Shown piece by piece: positions 56,300 to 64,000 of a stretch of DNA of 64,000 bases. Location of the stretch: the NCBI GenBank assembly GCA_965198175.1, contig OZ240245.1, positions 576,001 to 640,000 of the forward strand, read 5' to 3'. Every line of letters starts with the position of its first letter. Within the stretch, counting starts at the first letter, position 1. The stretch comes from Candidatus Poribacteria bacterium. GTDB lineage: Bacteria > Poribacteria > WGA-4E > PCPOR2b. The notes beneath the pieces were generated by a model. That model searched no databases, had not been told where the DNA came from, and saw nothing but the letters and a program-made list of their open reading frames with translations. Made by a program: the position numbers and the translations under genes.

Positions 56300-56644
56300 T
56301 CAACCAGAAATCGCCGCCGCCACAATCAGCCCCTGCGCAATTAGCAGCCCTGCGATGGCAATCCCAGCCGCGGCATTATTATCCTCAGCAATTTCGTGAT
56401 TCAGGTCGTACGGTGTGACGGCGTCGAAAATCTTATATCCGACCACCAAGACAACCATCCCGACGATGCTGAAAATGACGCTTTCGATGATGAGCAGCGC
56501 GAGGTGCTTGAAGTCGATAAATGTGCCTGCGCTTGTGGTTTCACTGCTATCGCCTTGAGCATCAACCGCTGTCGATAGGAACGATGCGGCGACAATAAAA
56601 GCGATTGCGACACAGAAACTGAGTAGAACGATTTTTTTTGCCAT
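56300..56644 (-). CDS. DUF350 membrane protein
   Basis: 'YKIFDAVTPYDLNHEIAEDNNAAAGI'. Confidence 0.85.
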   Translation of the reverse strand: MAKKIVLLSFCVAIAFIVAASFLSTAVDAQGDSSETTSAGTFIDFKHLALLIIESVIFSIVGMVVLVVGYKIFDAVTPYDLNHEIAEDNNAAAGIAIAGLLIAQGLIVAAAISG

Positions 56645-56731
56645 TGCTGAATTCCTCCTACTTTGAGAGTGATGTTTGTGACTTGAATTGCGGGTTCACG
56701 GATATGCTACTTCGTTATTGGGGTTCAGAAA

Positions 56732-57433
56732 CTATATGTATTCTGCCTCCTCCTCGGCAGGATAGACATTCACATCGGGTTGGGAGATTAACGCTCCGAC
56801 ATAGAAGGTCAACCAATTGCCACAGTGCTCAACACACATGAGCTCCTCATCTTCGTTGGCGTATTCGTGTAGCTCTACATCGTACTCGTCCGATGTCTGT
56901 GCATTGACAACGGTCATTTTTGCTGGGGTAATCGTTTGACGAACATACTCAACCAAAATCTCCATATCTTCGTCATCAGGGTCCGGGTAGTGGAGTGTGA
57001 TACTGTCCGGCAGATCGGCGCTTGATCCAGAACCGTCCACAGCTTCTTCGACGATGATATCGGAGCTGTCGTAGTCATCGTCCTCGAAGTAATATTCTTC
57101 CTCATCTTCCATCTCTTCCGGGTCGGAGCTGTCGCTATCTAATTCCTCCTCGCTATCGATAATCCATCGAGAGACTTCAAACTCATCTGTGCCTCCGATT
57201 TGGTCAACGCCTAAAACCACGACCTCATCCCTGTCCTTGAGCAGGTACATATAGCGCATTAAACTTTCGCCCTCATACTTCTTTCGCTCTATCAGTTCAA
57301 ACGTGCGGGATGGTGTATCGCTGGTTTCAAAGGTGATAGGATCGGTGAGTTCAATCATACTGCCGATGGGAATTTCTACCAACTCGTGTCGTTCCGGTTT
57401 TTGAGTTTTGCGTTTACGCGCAAATAACCCCAT
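56732..57433 (-). CDS. Acidic hypothetical protein, possibly DUF4178-like
   Basis: MGLF start, very D/E-rich, between a membrane protein and DUF350. Confidence 0.6.
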   Translation of the reverse strand: MGLFARKRKTQKPERHELVEIPIGSMIELTDPITFETSDTPSRTFELIERKKYEGESLMRYMYLLKDRDEVVVLGVDQIGGTDEFEVSRWIIDSEEELDSDSSDPEEMEDEEEYYFEDDDYDSSDIIVEEAVDGSGSSADLPDSITLHYPDPDDEDMEILVEYVRQTITPAKMTVVNAQTSDEYDVELHEYANEDEELMCVEHCGNWLTFYVGALISQPDVNVYPAEEEAEYI

Positions 57434-57454
57434 GTCCTTCACCTCTATCCCTCA

Positions 57455-58546
57455 TTAGAAGTATCCCTTGTTATACAATACCAAAACTACGATGCCGACG
57501 ATAATCAGGCTGCCGAACACGATGAGGAACCAAGCGCCGCCAGATGTCTTTTTCTGAACGACGACCTTTCTCTCGACCGTAACCCGCTGGGGTTGTGACT
57601 GAACGGCTGCGGCAGGTTTGGAACCGCTCGCTAAAACTGTCTCGCGGAGTTCGCTCTCGTTTGGAAGTTCTTCGACGGTCACAGCTTCAGCGGCATTGGG
57701 ACCGTAAAACTTGTCGCTATTTTCTTCAACGTGCGATTCGATGTAGTCTTCATCGCGGTTGGTGCCCGGGTCAACATAATTCGAGTTCTTTTCGACACCT
57801 TGGCTGTCGTAGTAAGCAAGCCAACGCTCATATTCTGACTGCTTGTCCTTCGACCAGTGTGACCGATCATAATCGTGGTGATGATAGTGCCATAGCCAGC
57901 TACGGTGCATCATGTGGTTATAGCGATCGTGGAAATAGATTCCGCCAAGCAGATTTGCATACATAATGCTTGCACCAAGACCGAAGGTGGAATAGCCTCC
58001 AAGCGGGTAGTAGCCGCCGAAATTATTGACCGTAATGGGTGAGGCTGCTTGACTGGATCGGCGTCGTTCACGGGCAGTTTCGCGCCGTGCCTGCCTTGTT
58101 TGGCGTTTGAGACTGCGGTTCTCTGCTTTGAGGTTTCGGGTCCCTGCGCGACGTTGACTCTGCAGCGTCCGCCTTTGACCACTTGTCATATTTCTCGTTG
58201 AGACCGCGGATGAGGTTCTCGCACCGCTCATGGCACTCTGTTTTTGACGTACCGCAGTGCTTTGCCGCGCCGTAGCGCTTCCTGACCGCTGACCAGCGGA
58301 TTGACCGTAACTTTTGCTCGTGCTGCGTTGACCGGTGGGTGAAGCCGCGCTTCGGTAAGATTTCGACGATGAACGGTTACTGCTCGACGAACGGCTGTAG
58401 GTCTTGCTCGAACTGCGGCTGCTGTAACTTCTGCCGAACGATCGACCGAAACCTCCGCCTCCCTTCGAAAAGACGTCGGCGTTTAGGCTAAACACGAATA
58501 AAGCAACAATAATCGAGATTGACAGGCGTTGGATAGTTCGGCTCAT
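57455..58546 (-). CDS. Exported protein with Ser/Arg-rich low-complexity N-terminus and C-terminal TM anchor
   Basis: GGAGGA RBS, signal peptide, 'KGGGGFGRSFGRSYSSRSSS', His/Tyr-rich core, C-terminal TM. Confidence 0.75.
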   Translation of the reverse strand: MSRTIQRLSISIIVALFVFSLNADVFSKGGGGFGRSFGRSYSSRSSSKTYSRSSSSNRSSSKSYRSAASPTGQRSTSKSYGQSAGQRSGSATARQSTAVRQKQSAMSGARTSSAVSTRNMTSGQRRTLQSQRRAGTRNLKAENRSLKRQTRQARRETARERRRSSQAASPITVNNFGGYYPLGGYSTFGLGASIMYANLLGGIYFHDRYNHMMHRSWLWHYHHHDYDRSHWSKDKQSEYERWLAYYDSQGVEKNSNYVDPGTNRDEDYIESHVEENSDKFYGPNAAEAVTVEELPNESELRETVLASGSKPAAAVQSQPQRVTVERKVVVQKKTSGGAWFLIVFGSLIIVGIVVLVLYNKGYF

Positions 58547-58636
58547 TTTACATTCCTCCTCACATGTGGATGGTGATTCACTAGCCCGATAGTTGGTAAT
58601 CGTTATTGCTTACTGCTGGAATCGAGAAAAATCGAC

Positions 58637-58665
58637 TTGACAATTTTCAGCGGATATTATATCAT
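58637..58665 (+). promoter_or_regulatory. Sigma70 promoter of tRNA-Arg
   Basis: TTGACA-17bp-TATCAT. Confidence 0.65.
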
Positions 58666-58680
58666 TAAATATCTTAAGGT

Positions 58681-58754
<74 letters not shown>

Positions 58755-58874
58755 TCAGCCTTCTTCAGCTTCCTTCCTTTTCGCGATCCTTGCCATCGGT
58801 TTATAGATTCGTAATAAGTAGTTTTGGTAGCTCACAGTCTTGATTATGAAGAACACTGGTAATTACATGGATTT

Positions 58875-59254
58875 TTACGTACGTTTCTTGCGTACTGGGT
58901 AAATCTCATGACGAGGATCCCACCAAAGTACATAAGCTGAGTTTCCCCTTCGGATTGCCCAAAGCCGCTTCTTGCCATTTAGATGAAATGAAACTAATTC
59001 ATCCACATCATCATACTTTAGTTCTTGTAACCTCTTTTGTGCAGGTTTTATAATTTTATCCACAGCTATTGCGTGGTGGGAGGAGCCTAATATATCGTTC
59101 CACGTCATCGTTTGAAACTGGTTCATCTTACTCCATATGTTCCTCAAGATACGCATCGAATTCCAACCCCATTTTCCACCCACATCAATCCTTGAAAAGT
59201 CCCAAACGAGCTTTTTACTTTAGGGGACCTCTTTCTCTTACTCCTCTTCCTCAT
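58875..59254 (-). pseudogene. Putative toxin partner of Panacea (RelE-like?), frame broken near 5' end
   Basis: ATG overlapping the antitoxin end gives MRKRSKRKRSPKV. The conserved-looking part (KKLVWDFSRID.GGKWGW...RLWAIR...LWWDPRHEI) is in another frame after a TAA. Confidence 0.5.
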
Positions 59255-59693
59255 CTTCTGCAGAAAGTAATGTGCTATAGTAATTTGCCATGAAAGCTAA
59301 AGGTATAATTTTGTTACCTCGCTCCATCGGATCAAGTCCTTCCCTTGCTTGAATCCAAGGGTCTTCCATATGTGTAAGGGCAATTAGCCAATGGGCAGAT
59401 TTATCCCCATAGTATTCAATAATGGCATCAACCGTAGCGCGCTGTTCCTTATTCAACAAACTGGCATCACCAGACGATACCGATGATATTTTGTACTTTC
59501 TTTTATGGTAATCAAACAATTCTTTTACCACGGGACCATTTGCCCAAGCCTGAATATCTTCGCTAAATAATGGTTCTTCGTCCCATACCAAAGACCACGC
59601 TTGACTATAGTATACTAGTTTCTGAAGTTTCATGGTTGTCATTTTGCCCATTCTCTCCAGAATATAGGCCGCGACATCAAATACACTTACGAC
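59238..59693 (-). CDS. Panacea (DUF4065/GepA/SocA) antitoxin
   Basis: 'KLQKLVYYSQ', 'QAWANGPV', 'LTH.EDPW'. In-frame 'VSVFDVAAYIL' extends upstream to a GTC codon after an AGAGG RBS. Confidence 0.82.
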   Translation of the reverse strand, partial: VVSVFDVAAYILERMGKMTTMKLQKLVYYSQAWSLVWDEEPLFSEDIQAWANGPVVKELFDYHKRKYKISSVSSGDASLLNKEQRATVDAIIEYYGDKSAHWLIALTHMEDPWIQAREGLDPMERGNKIIPLAFMANYYSTLLSAEDEEEE

Positions 59694-59749
59694 GATTGAC
59701 CTCTTTTCTCAAAAAATAAAGTTCTACGAATTACATATGATTATACGTT

Positions 59750-59920
59750 ACAGACTTGCACAGTTGAACGTTCAAAGCCTCGTGGTAGGGCGATTTCTCG
59801 CCGGAAAACGCAACTCCCGACGCCCGATGAATCGGGCAACGACAGTAGGTTTGTAGTAGGGCGATTCCGTCACAACGCGAAATGGATTGCGCTACTACAA
59901 ACGGAAGTGCGTAAGTCCTA
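59750..59920. mobile_element. MITE with IS701-type ends
   Basis: ACAGACTTGCACAGTTGAACGT... ...GCGCTACTACAAACGGAAGTGCGTAAGTCCTA, homologous to 55984-56173; CGTT on both flanks. Confidence 0.7.
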
Positions 59921-60115
59921 CGTTCGATTCAAAATCTAATCAATTATACCCTTATATATAAATTCTGTCAATAATTTGTTGTGGACTTTGCACCGATACA
60001 GGTCCATCGCTCTATCATTTTTTGGCTTGTATTATTGTTCGCTGTGTGATACCTTATCACATGAATGACCTGATGTAGCAGGGTAATTTCACGCTTCCTT
60101 GTAAAGGAGTATTGT

Positions 60116-61000
60116 GTGAGTATTGATGTTCAGTATCCAGAACTGTTGGATTTGGTTGATGCCGACGCTCAGGTCGATCAACTTGGAACTGGGTGTCAGT
60201 TTACCGAGGGACCGCTCTGGAACACCGCGGAGGAGTTTCTGCTGTTCAGTGACATCCCCGCAAATCAGATAAAAAGTTGGAGTCCTGAATCCGGAATCAC
60301 AAGCTTCCGAGCTCCATCGGGCAGATCGAACGGTCTGACTTATGATAAACAGGGTCGGCTGATTGCATGCGAACATGGGAATCGCCGTGTCTCACGAACA
60401 GAAGCTGATTGGGCAATCATCCCAATCGCCACGCACTATAACGGAAAGCGCTTGAACAGCCCGAACGATGTCGTGGTGAAATCGGATGGGAGCATCTACT
60501 TTACCGATCCACCCTACGGCATAATGACTGACAACCGGGAAATCACGGGGCAAGAACTTGATTTTCAAGGCGTCTTCCGACTTTCTGCAGATGGTCGGAC
60601 ACTGACGCTTCTCGTCGATGATTTTGATCGCCCGAATGGACTTTGCTTCTCGCCGGACGAATCGATTCTTTACATTGATGATACCGCCCGAATGCATATT
60701 CGTGCTTTTGATGTTCAACCCGATGGCACGCTTGCAAAGGGGCGAATTTTCGCCGAAGAATCCGGTGAAAATGGGGTGCCGGACGGAATGAAGGTCGATC
60801 AGCGAGGAAACCTCTATGCGACTGGACCTGGCGGCGTTTGGATCTTCGATCCGTCGGGGAAACACCTTGGTGTCATCGGAATACCAGAAATTACAGCCAA
60901 CCTCGCTTGGGGCGGCGATGATTGGAAGTCGCTTTTCATCACAGCGACCACTTCAATCTATCGCGTGCAATGCAAGGTCTCAGGCATTCCTGTTCCCTAA
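60116..61000 (+). CDS. SMP-30/gluconolactonase family protein
   Basis: 'FTEGPLW', 'LNSPND', 'FTDPPYG', 'PNGL', 'PDGMKVD'. Confidence 0.92.
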   Translation: MSIDVQYPELLDLVDADAQVDQLGTGCQFTEGPLWNTAEEFLLFSDIPANQIKSWSPESGITSFRAPSGRSNGLTYDKQGRLIACEHGNRRVSRTEADWAIIPIATHYNGKRLNSPNDVVVKSDGSIYFTDPPYGIMTDNREITGQELDFQGVFRLSADGRTLTLLVDDFDRPNGLCFSPDESILYIDDTARMHIRAFDVQPDGTLAKGRIFAEESGENGVPDGMKVDQRGNLYATGPGGVWIFDPSGKHLGVIGIPEITANLAWGGDDWKSLFITATTSIYRVQCKVSGIPVP

Positions 61001-61113
61001 AATACCTAAAAGAAACCGGGTTTTTGCCAAAAATGTAATGGTCACGTAGATAGCGGGCGCTCGCAACTTCTAATTCTTGCGCTCCAGCGGAGTGCTATGT
61101 TTATAGGACACCG

Positions 61114-61557
61114 ATGAGGGTAAAAATCAAACGGCTCGACAAGAATCTTCCATTGCCGCAATATGCAACCGCCGGTTCTGTCGGCTTTGATTTGGTGTGC
61201 CGCGAATCGGTGGCGATTGAACCGCGTACATTGGGGCTAGTTCCCGCGAATGTCATTGTCGAAACGCCGCCAGGATACATGCTGATGGTGACGCTGCGCA
61301 GTAGCACGCCCCGTAAACGCGGATTGCTCATCCCGCATGGGGTTGGCGTCATCGATCAGGATTACTGTGGAGAAGACGATGAGATTAAGATTCAAATATA
61401 CAATTTCTCGGACCGACCGGTAGCGATTGAGCGTGGCGATAAGATTGCGCAAGCGATTTTCGTGCGAGTGGATCAGGTAGATTGGATGGAGGTATCGGAG
61501 ACGTACTCAAAGACGCGCGGTGGATTTGGAAGCACCGATAAAGCGAACCGCGCGTAG
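61114..61557 (+). CDS. dut: dUTP diphosphatase
   Basis: 'GFDL', 'RSS', 'GVIDQDY.G', 'IAQ', 'RGGFGST'. Confidence 0.92.
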   Translation: MRVKIKRLDKNLPLPQYATAGSVGFDLVCRESVAIEPRTLGLVPANVIVETPPGYMLMVTLRSSTPRKRGLLIPHGVGVIDQDYCGEDDEIKIQIYNFSDRPVAIERGDKIAQAIFVRVDQVDWMEVSETYSKTRGGFGSTDKANRA

Positions 61558-61594
61558 GGGTTTTCCCGAACCTTCCCTGTTTAGAAGGCGGACA

Positions 61595-62413
61595 ATGAAG
61601 CAGTATTTGGTTGCGCTGAAACAGATTATGGATCACGGTGTCGATCGCGACGGTCGAAATGGTCTCTCTCGCGCTTTATTCGGTATGCAGATGCGTTATA
61701 ACATGGCGGACGGTTTCCCAGCCGTCACGACCAAAAGGTTGGCGTTCAAAGTCATGAAAGCGGAACTTTTAGGCTTTTTGAGAGGCTACTCCGATGTCAA
61801 AGACTTCCAGAAGTTGGGTTGTCACATCTGGGACGCGAATGCGGAGGCGGATTACTGGCAGCCAAAAGCACGGTTTGAAGGGGATCTCGGGCGAATTTAC
61901 GGTGTTCAGTGGCGGTCATGGAAGGCACCCGACGGGCAAATCGTAGACCAGCTCTCCAATGCCATTGAAGGGATTAAAACTCAGCCCTACAGCCGCCGCC
62001 ATGTCGTAACGGCGTGGAATCCGGGTGAGTTCGATCAGATGCCGCTTGAGCCGTGTCATACGCTTTTCCAGTTCTTTGTGGCTGGCGGGAAGCTATCGCT
62101 TCAGTTGTATCAGCGGAGTTGTGATATGTTTCTCGGTGTGCCGTTCAATATCGCCTCATACTCCTTGCTACTGCACATGGTCGCACAAATAACGGACTTA
62201 GCGCCGTGTGAGTTTATTCACACCTTGGGCGATGCACACATTTACCATGTCCATTTTGAGCAGGTAGAAACACAGTTACAGCGTGAACCGCTTGAACTGC
62301 CGGGGCTTTACTTGAACTCGGAGATAAAATCGATTGACGATTTTAAGATGCAGGACATCAAGCTGTGTAACTACAAACATCACGGCATCATTGAAGCGCC
62401 GATGGTTGTGTGA
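61595..62413 (+). CDS. thyA: Thymidylate synthase
   Basis: 'FPAVTTK', 'YGVQWR', 'PCH', 'YQRSCDMFLGVPFN', 'DAHIY'. Confidence 0.96.
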   Translation: MKQYLVALKQIMDHGVDRDGRNGLSRALFGMQMRYNMADGFPAVTTKRLAFKVMKAELLGFLRGYSDVKDFQKLGCHIWDANAEADYWQPKARFEGDLGRIYGVQWRSWKAPDGQIVDQLSNAIEGIKTQPYSRRHVVTAWNPGEFDQMPLEPCHTLFQFFVAGGKLSLQLYQRSCDMFLGVPFNIASYSLLLHMVAQITDLAPCEFIHTLGDAHIYHVHFEQVETQLQREPLELPGLYLNSEIKSIDDFKMQDIKLCNYKHHGIIEAPMVV

Positions 62414-62419
62414 GGGGGC

Positions 62420-62911
62420 GTGCCGATGATTATCTCCATCATCACAGCCATGGATAAAAATCGCCTGATTGGCACAGGCGATGGGCTACCTTGGAAACTG
62501 CCCGCCGATATGCAACACTTCTTCCGAATGACCTTGGGCAAGCCTGTGTTGATGGGACGTAAGACTTATGAAACCGTTGGGGAACCGTTGAAGAACCGTA
62601 TCAATATTGTCTTGACGCACAACCGCCATTATCAGGCAGAGGGTTGCATCGTGGCGAATTCCGTCGAAGAGGCTTTAGCTGTTGTCAAGACGCACAAAGA
62701 AGTGATGATATGCGGCGGCGCACCAATCTACGCGCAGTTCTTGCCGCGTGCGGAACGTATCTATATGACGCTGATTCATCACTGCTTTGAAGGCAATACC
62801 TATTTTCCAGCGTTTAATTCTGAAGACTGGCACGAGGACAAGCGTATTGACTGTCAGCCTGATGAAAACAATCCATATCCATATAGCTTTCTTTTCCTGC
62901 ACAGAAAGTAA
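62420..62911 (+). CDS. folA: Dihydrofolate reductase
   Basis: 'IG...LPWKLPADMQHF', 'MGRKTYE', 'GGAPIY'. Confidence 0.94.
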   Translation: MPMIISIITAMDKNRLIGTGDGLPWKLPADMQHFFRMTLGKPVLMGRKTYETVGEPLKNRINIVLTHNRHYQAEGCIVANSVEEALAVVKTHKEVMICGGAPIYAQFLPRAERIYMTLIHHCFEGNTYFPAFNSEDWHEDKRIDCQPDENNPYPYSFLFLHRK

Positions 62912-63005
62912 ACCTTACCTAGCCTTCAAAGCCGCTTGAACAGTCTATCCCGCCGCGCGTTAAGCAGGGCGGTCGAGGTTGACTCCCCATCTTACGATAT
63001 TCCGC

Positions 63006-63035
63006 TTGACAACCCGGTTTTACCGATGATATAAT
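63006..63035 (+). promoter_or_regulatory. Sigma70 promoter of tRNA-Leu
   Basis: TTGACA-18bp-TATAAT with TGn extension. Confidence 0.7.
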
Positions 63036-63061
63036 TATTTTTGGTGTTTACAGGTCATGAT

Positions 63062-63144
63062 GCCCCTGTGGTGGAATTGGTATACACGGCAGGTTGAGGG
63101 CCTGTGCCTTAACGGGCATGCTGGTTCGAGTCCAGTCGGGGGCA
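63062..63144 (+). tRNA. tRNA-Leu(GAG)
   Basis: Acceptor GCCCCTG/CGGGGGC, anticodon arm GCAGG-TTGAGGG-CCTGT, long variable arm, TTCGAGT. CCA not encoded. Confidence 0.95.
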
Positions 63145-63151
63145 TGAAATA

Positions 63152-63194
63152 AGGTAGAGGGGGTTACTAGTCTAGTAACCCCCTCTACCGTTTT
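63152..63194 (+). terminator. Terminator hairpin after tRNA-Leu
   Basis: GGTAGAGGGGGTTACTAG-T-CTAGTAACCCCCTCTACC, then GTTTT. Confidence 0.8.
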
Positions 63195-63316
63195 ATCAAG
63201 TCGTAATCCGCCCTTCTTTTTACCTGCGATGCGGACAGCGGGCATCGCGGGGAAAGAGGGTTCCCATGTACAAATTCCTTCCATCCATTCCAAGCCCCCT
63301 TTTGTTGTTCACAGAA

Positions 63317-63385
63317 AGCCGATATCGGGTCAGCGCTACAGAGGTTGAAGGCGATATTGGGTTCCGTTGCGCCAAAGATGCGTAA
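63317..63385 (+). pseudogene. 3' stub of an FGE-sulfatase (SUMF1-like) gene
   Basis: Reads SRYRVSATEVEGDIGFRCAKDA*, the typical 'GFRC' terminus; the rest of the gene is absent. Confidence 0.45.
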
Positions 63386-63428
63386 AGCGATAGGGAATAG
63401 CCGAGCATCTCTCTATCCGGATATCGGG

Positions 63429-64000
63429 TTAAGCCTCGTCAGGCATCACTCGGAAATCTTCCACTGTTTTCTTGAGCGTTTCGACAATGTCCGCTTTGAG
63501 CAGAAAAACCGTGTTTGGCGAGCGCCATAATCGGGCGTGGAGGTGTTCAGATTCAGTAGGCTTGCCGATTTGCAGCACATGCTCAGTTCCGTCCTTTAGC
63601 GTGACGGTGACCTGAATTGCCGGCGCATCAAATCCGGTTCTAGCTGCATCGGGCGTACCCGCCAAAAACTTCTCGACTTTCAACTGATTAATCTGATAAA
63701 GGATGCCGCTGACTGTTCCATTTTTTGCATCCTCTTGCACCGGATGAGTGAGCCGCCAGTTTGTCCCCTGTTTCTGGCAAGTTAGGTTGACGTCACCATG
63801 CCGAAGCGTGAGCTTAACCGCCGAATCGCTTTCGAAGTCGAGAATCTGTTTGTCTCGCAACTCTGCGACTTCCATCCCAACGAGGTCGATGATATTGCTC
63901 TTAACCCCAAAGACAGGATCGGCGCTTTGAGATTTCACGTAGACCATCTCATCCTTTATCTTCCCGAGGTGGAGAACAACTGTATCCGCATCGGTTGCTG
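63429..64000 (-). CDS. DUF4340 domain protein, 5' end outside window
   Basis: 'LRDKQILDF', 'WRLTHPV', 'GFDAP', 'LQIGK'. Frame open to the window edge. Confidence 0.75.
   Translation of the reverse strand, partial: ATDADTVVLHLGKIKDEMVYVKSQSADPVFGVKSNIIDLVGMEVAELRDKQILDFESDSAVKLTLRHGDVNLTCQKQGTNWRLTHPVQEDAKNGTVSGILYQINQLKVEKFLAGTPDAARTGFDAPAIQVTVTLKDGTEHVLQIGKPTESEHLHARLWRSPNTVFLLKADIVETLKKTVEDFRVMPDEA

Noticed and set aside
61114..62911. dut-thyA-folA as a phage or resistance cassette
   Set aside because: Ordinary thymidylate cluster with no phage or mobility genes adjacent.

Overview
Bacterial DNA whose gene content resembles Candidatus Poribacteria; this is inferred from the repeated 'LLPNYPNPFNPETWIPY' C-terminal domains, the cohesin/dockerin modules and PhyH. 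(1) 1-31 kb, mostly minus strand, is a secreted-protein region. Its core is a tandem family of WD40 proteins. Four paralogues each carry exactly 13 near-identical ~126-bp WD40 units plus one divergent N-terminal blade, followed by cohesin, dockerin and a FlgD-Ig/T9SS-like C-terminal domain (CTD). Variation is concentrated at the predicted binding-face residues, the same alleles recur across genes, and the constant regions are mosaics. This looks like a recombination-diversified receptor or adhesin repertoire and is the best candidate for an undescribed system. The region also holds a WD40-metalloprotease, a caspase-like protein, IS701 and IS3 elements, two paralogous lipoproteins with an XRE regulator, and a cobalamin-riboswitch-controlled YncE/BtuG-like propeller with a dockerin. 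(2) 31-38 kb carries metabolic genes: VOC, queE, amidohydrolase, PhyH, methyltransferase, kinase, TPR and sodC. (3) 40-54.4 kb is a defence island: DUF499 ATPase, DUF1156 methyltransferase, DUF3644, SNF2-DUF3883, AAA_21 + DUF4276, two orphan MNTs and a zeta-like pair. (4) 54.6-64 kb carries trpC, a DUF350 operon, tRNA-Arg(CCG), a decayed Panacea TA pair, gluconolactonase, dut-thyA-folA, tRNA-Leu(GAG) and a partial DUF4340 gene. Intergenic DNA contains REP-like repeats, IS701-derived MITEs and a recurrent 28-bp TCAA-N18-CGATAG motif. All family calls are by eye; no database search was run.
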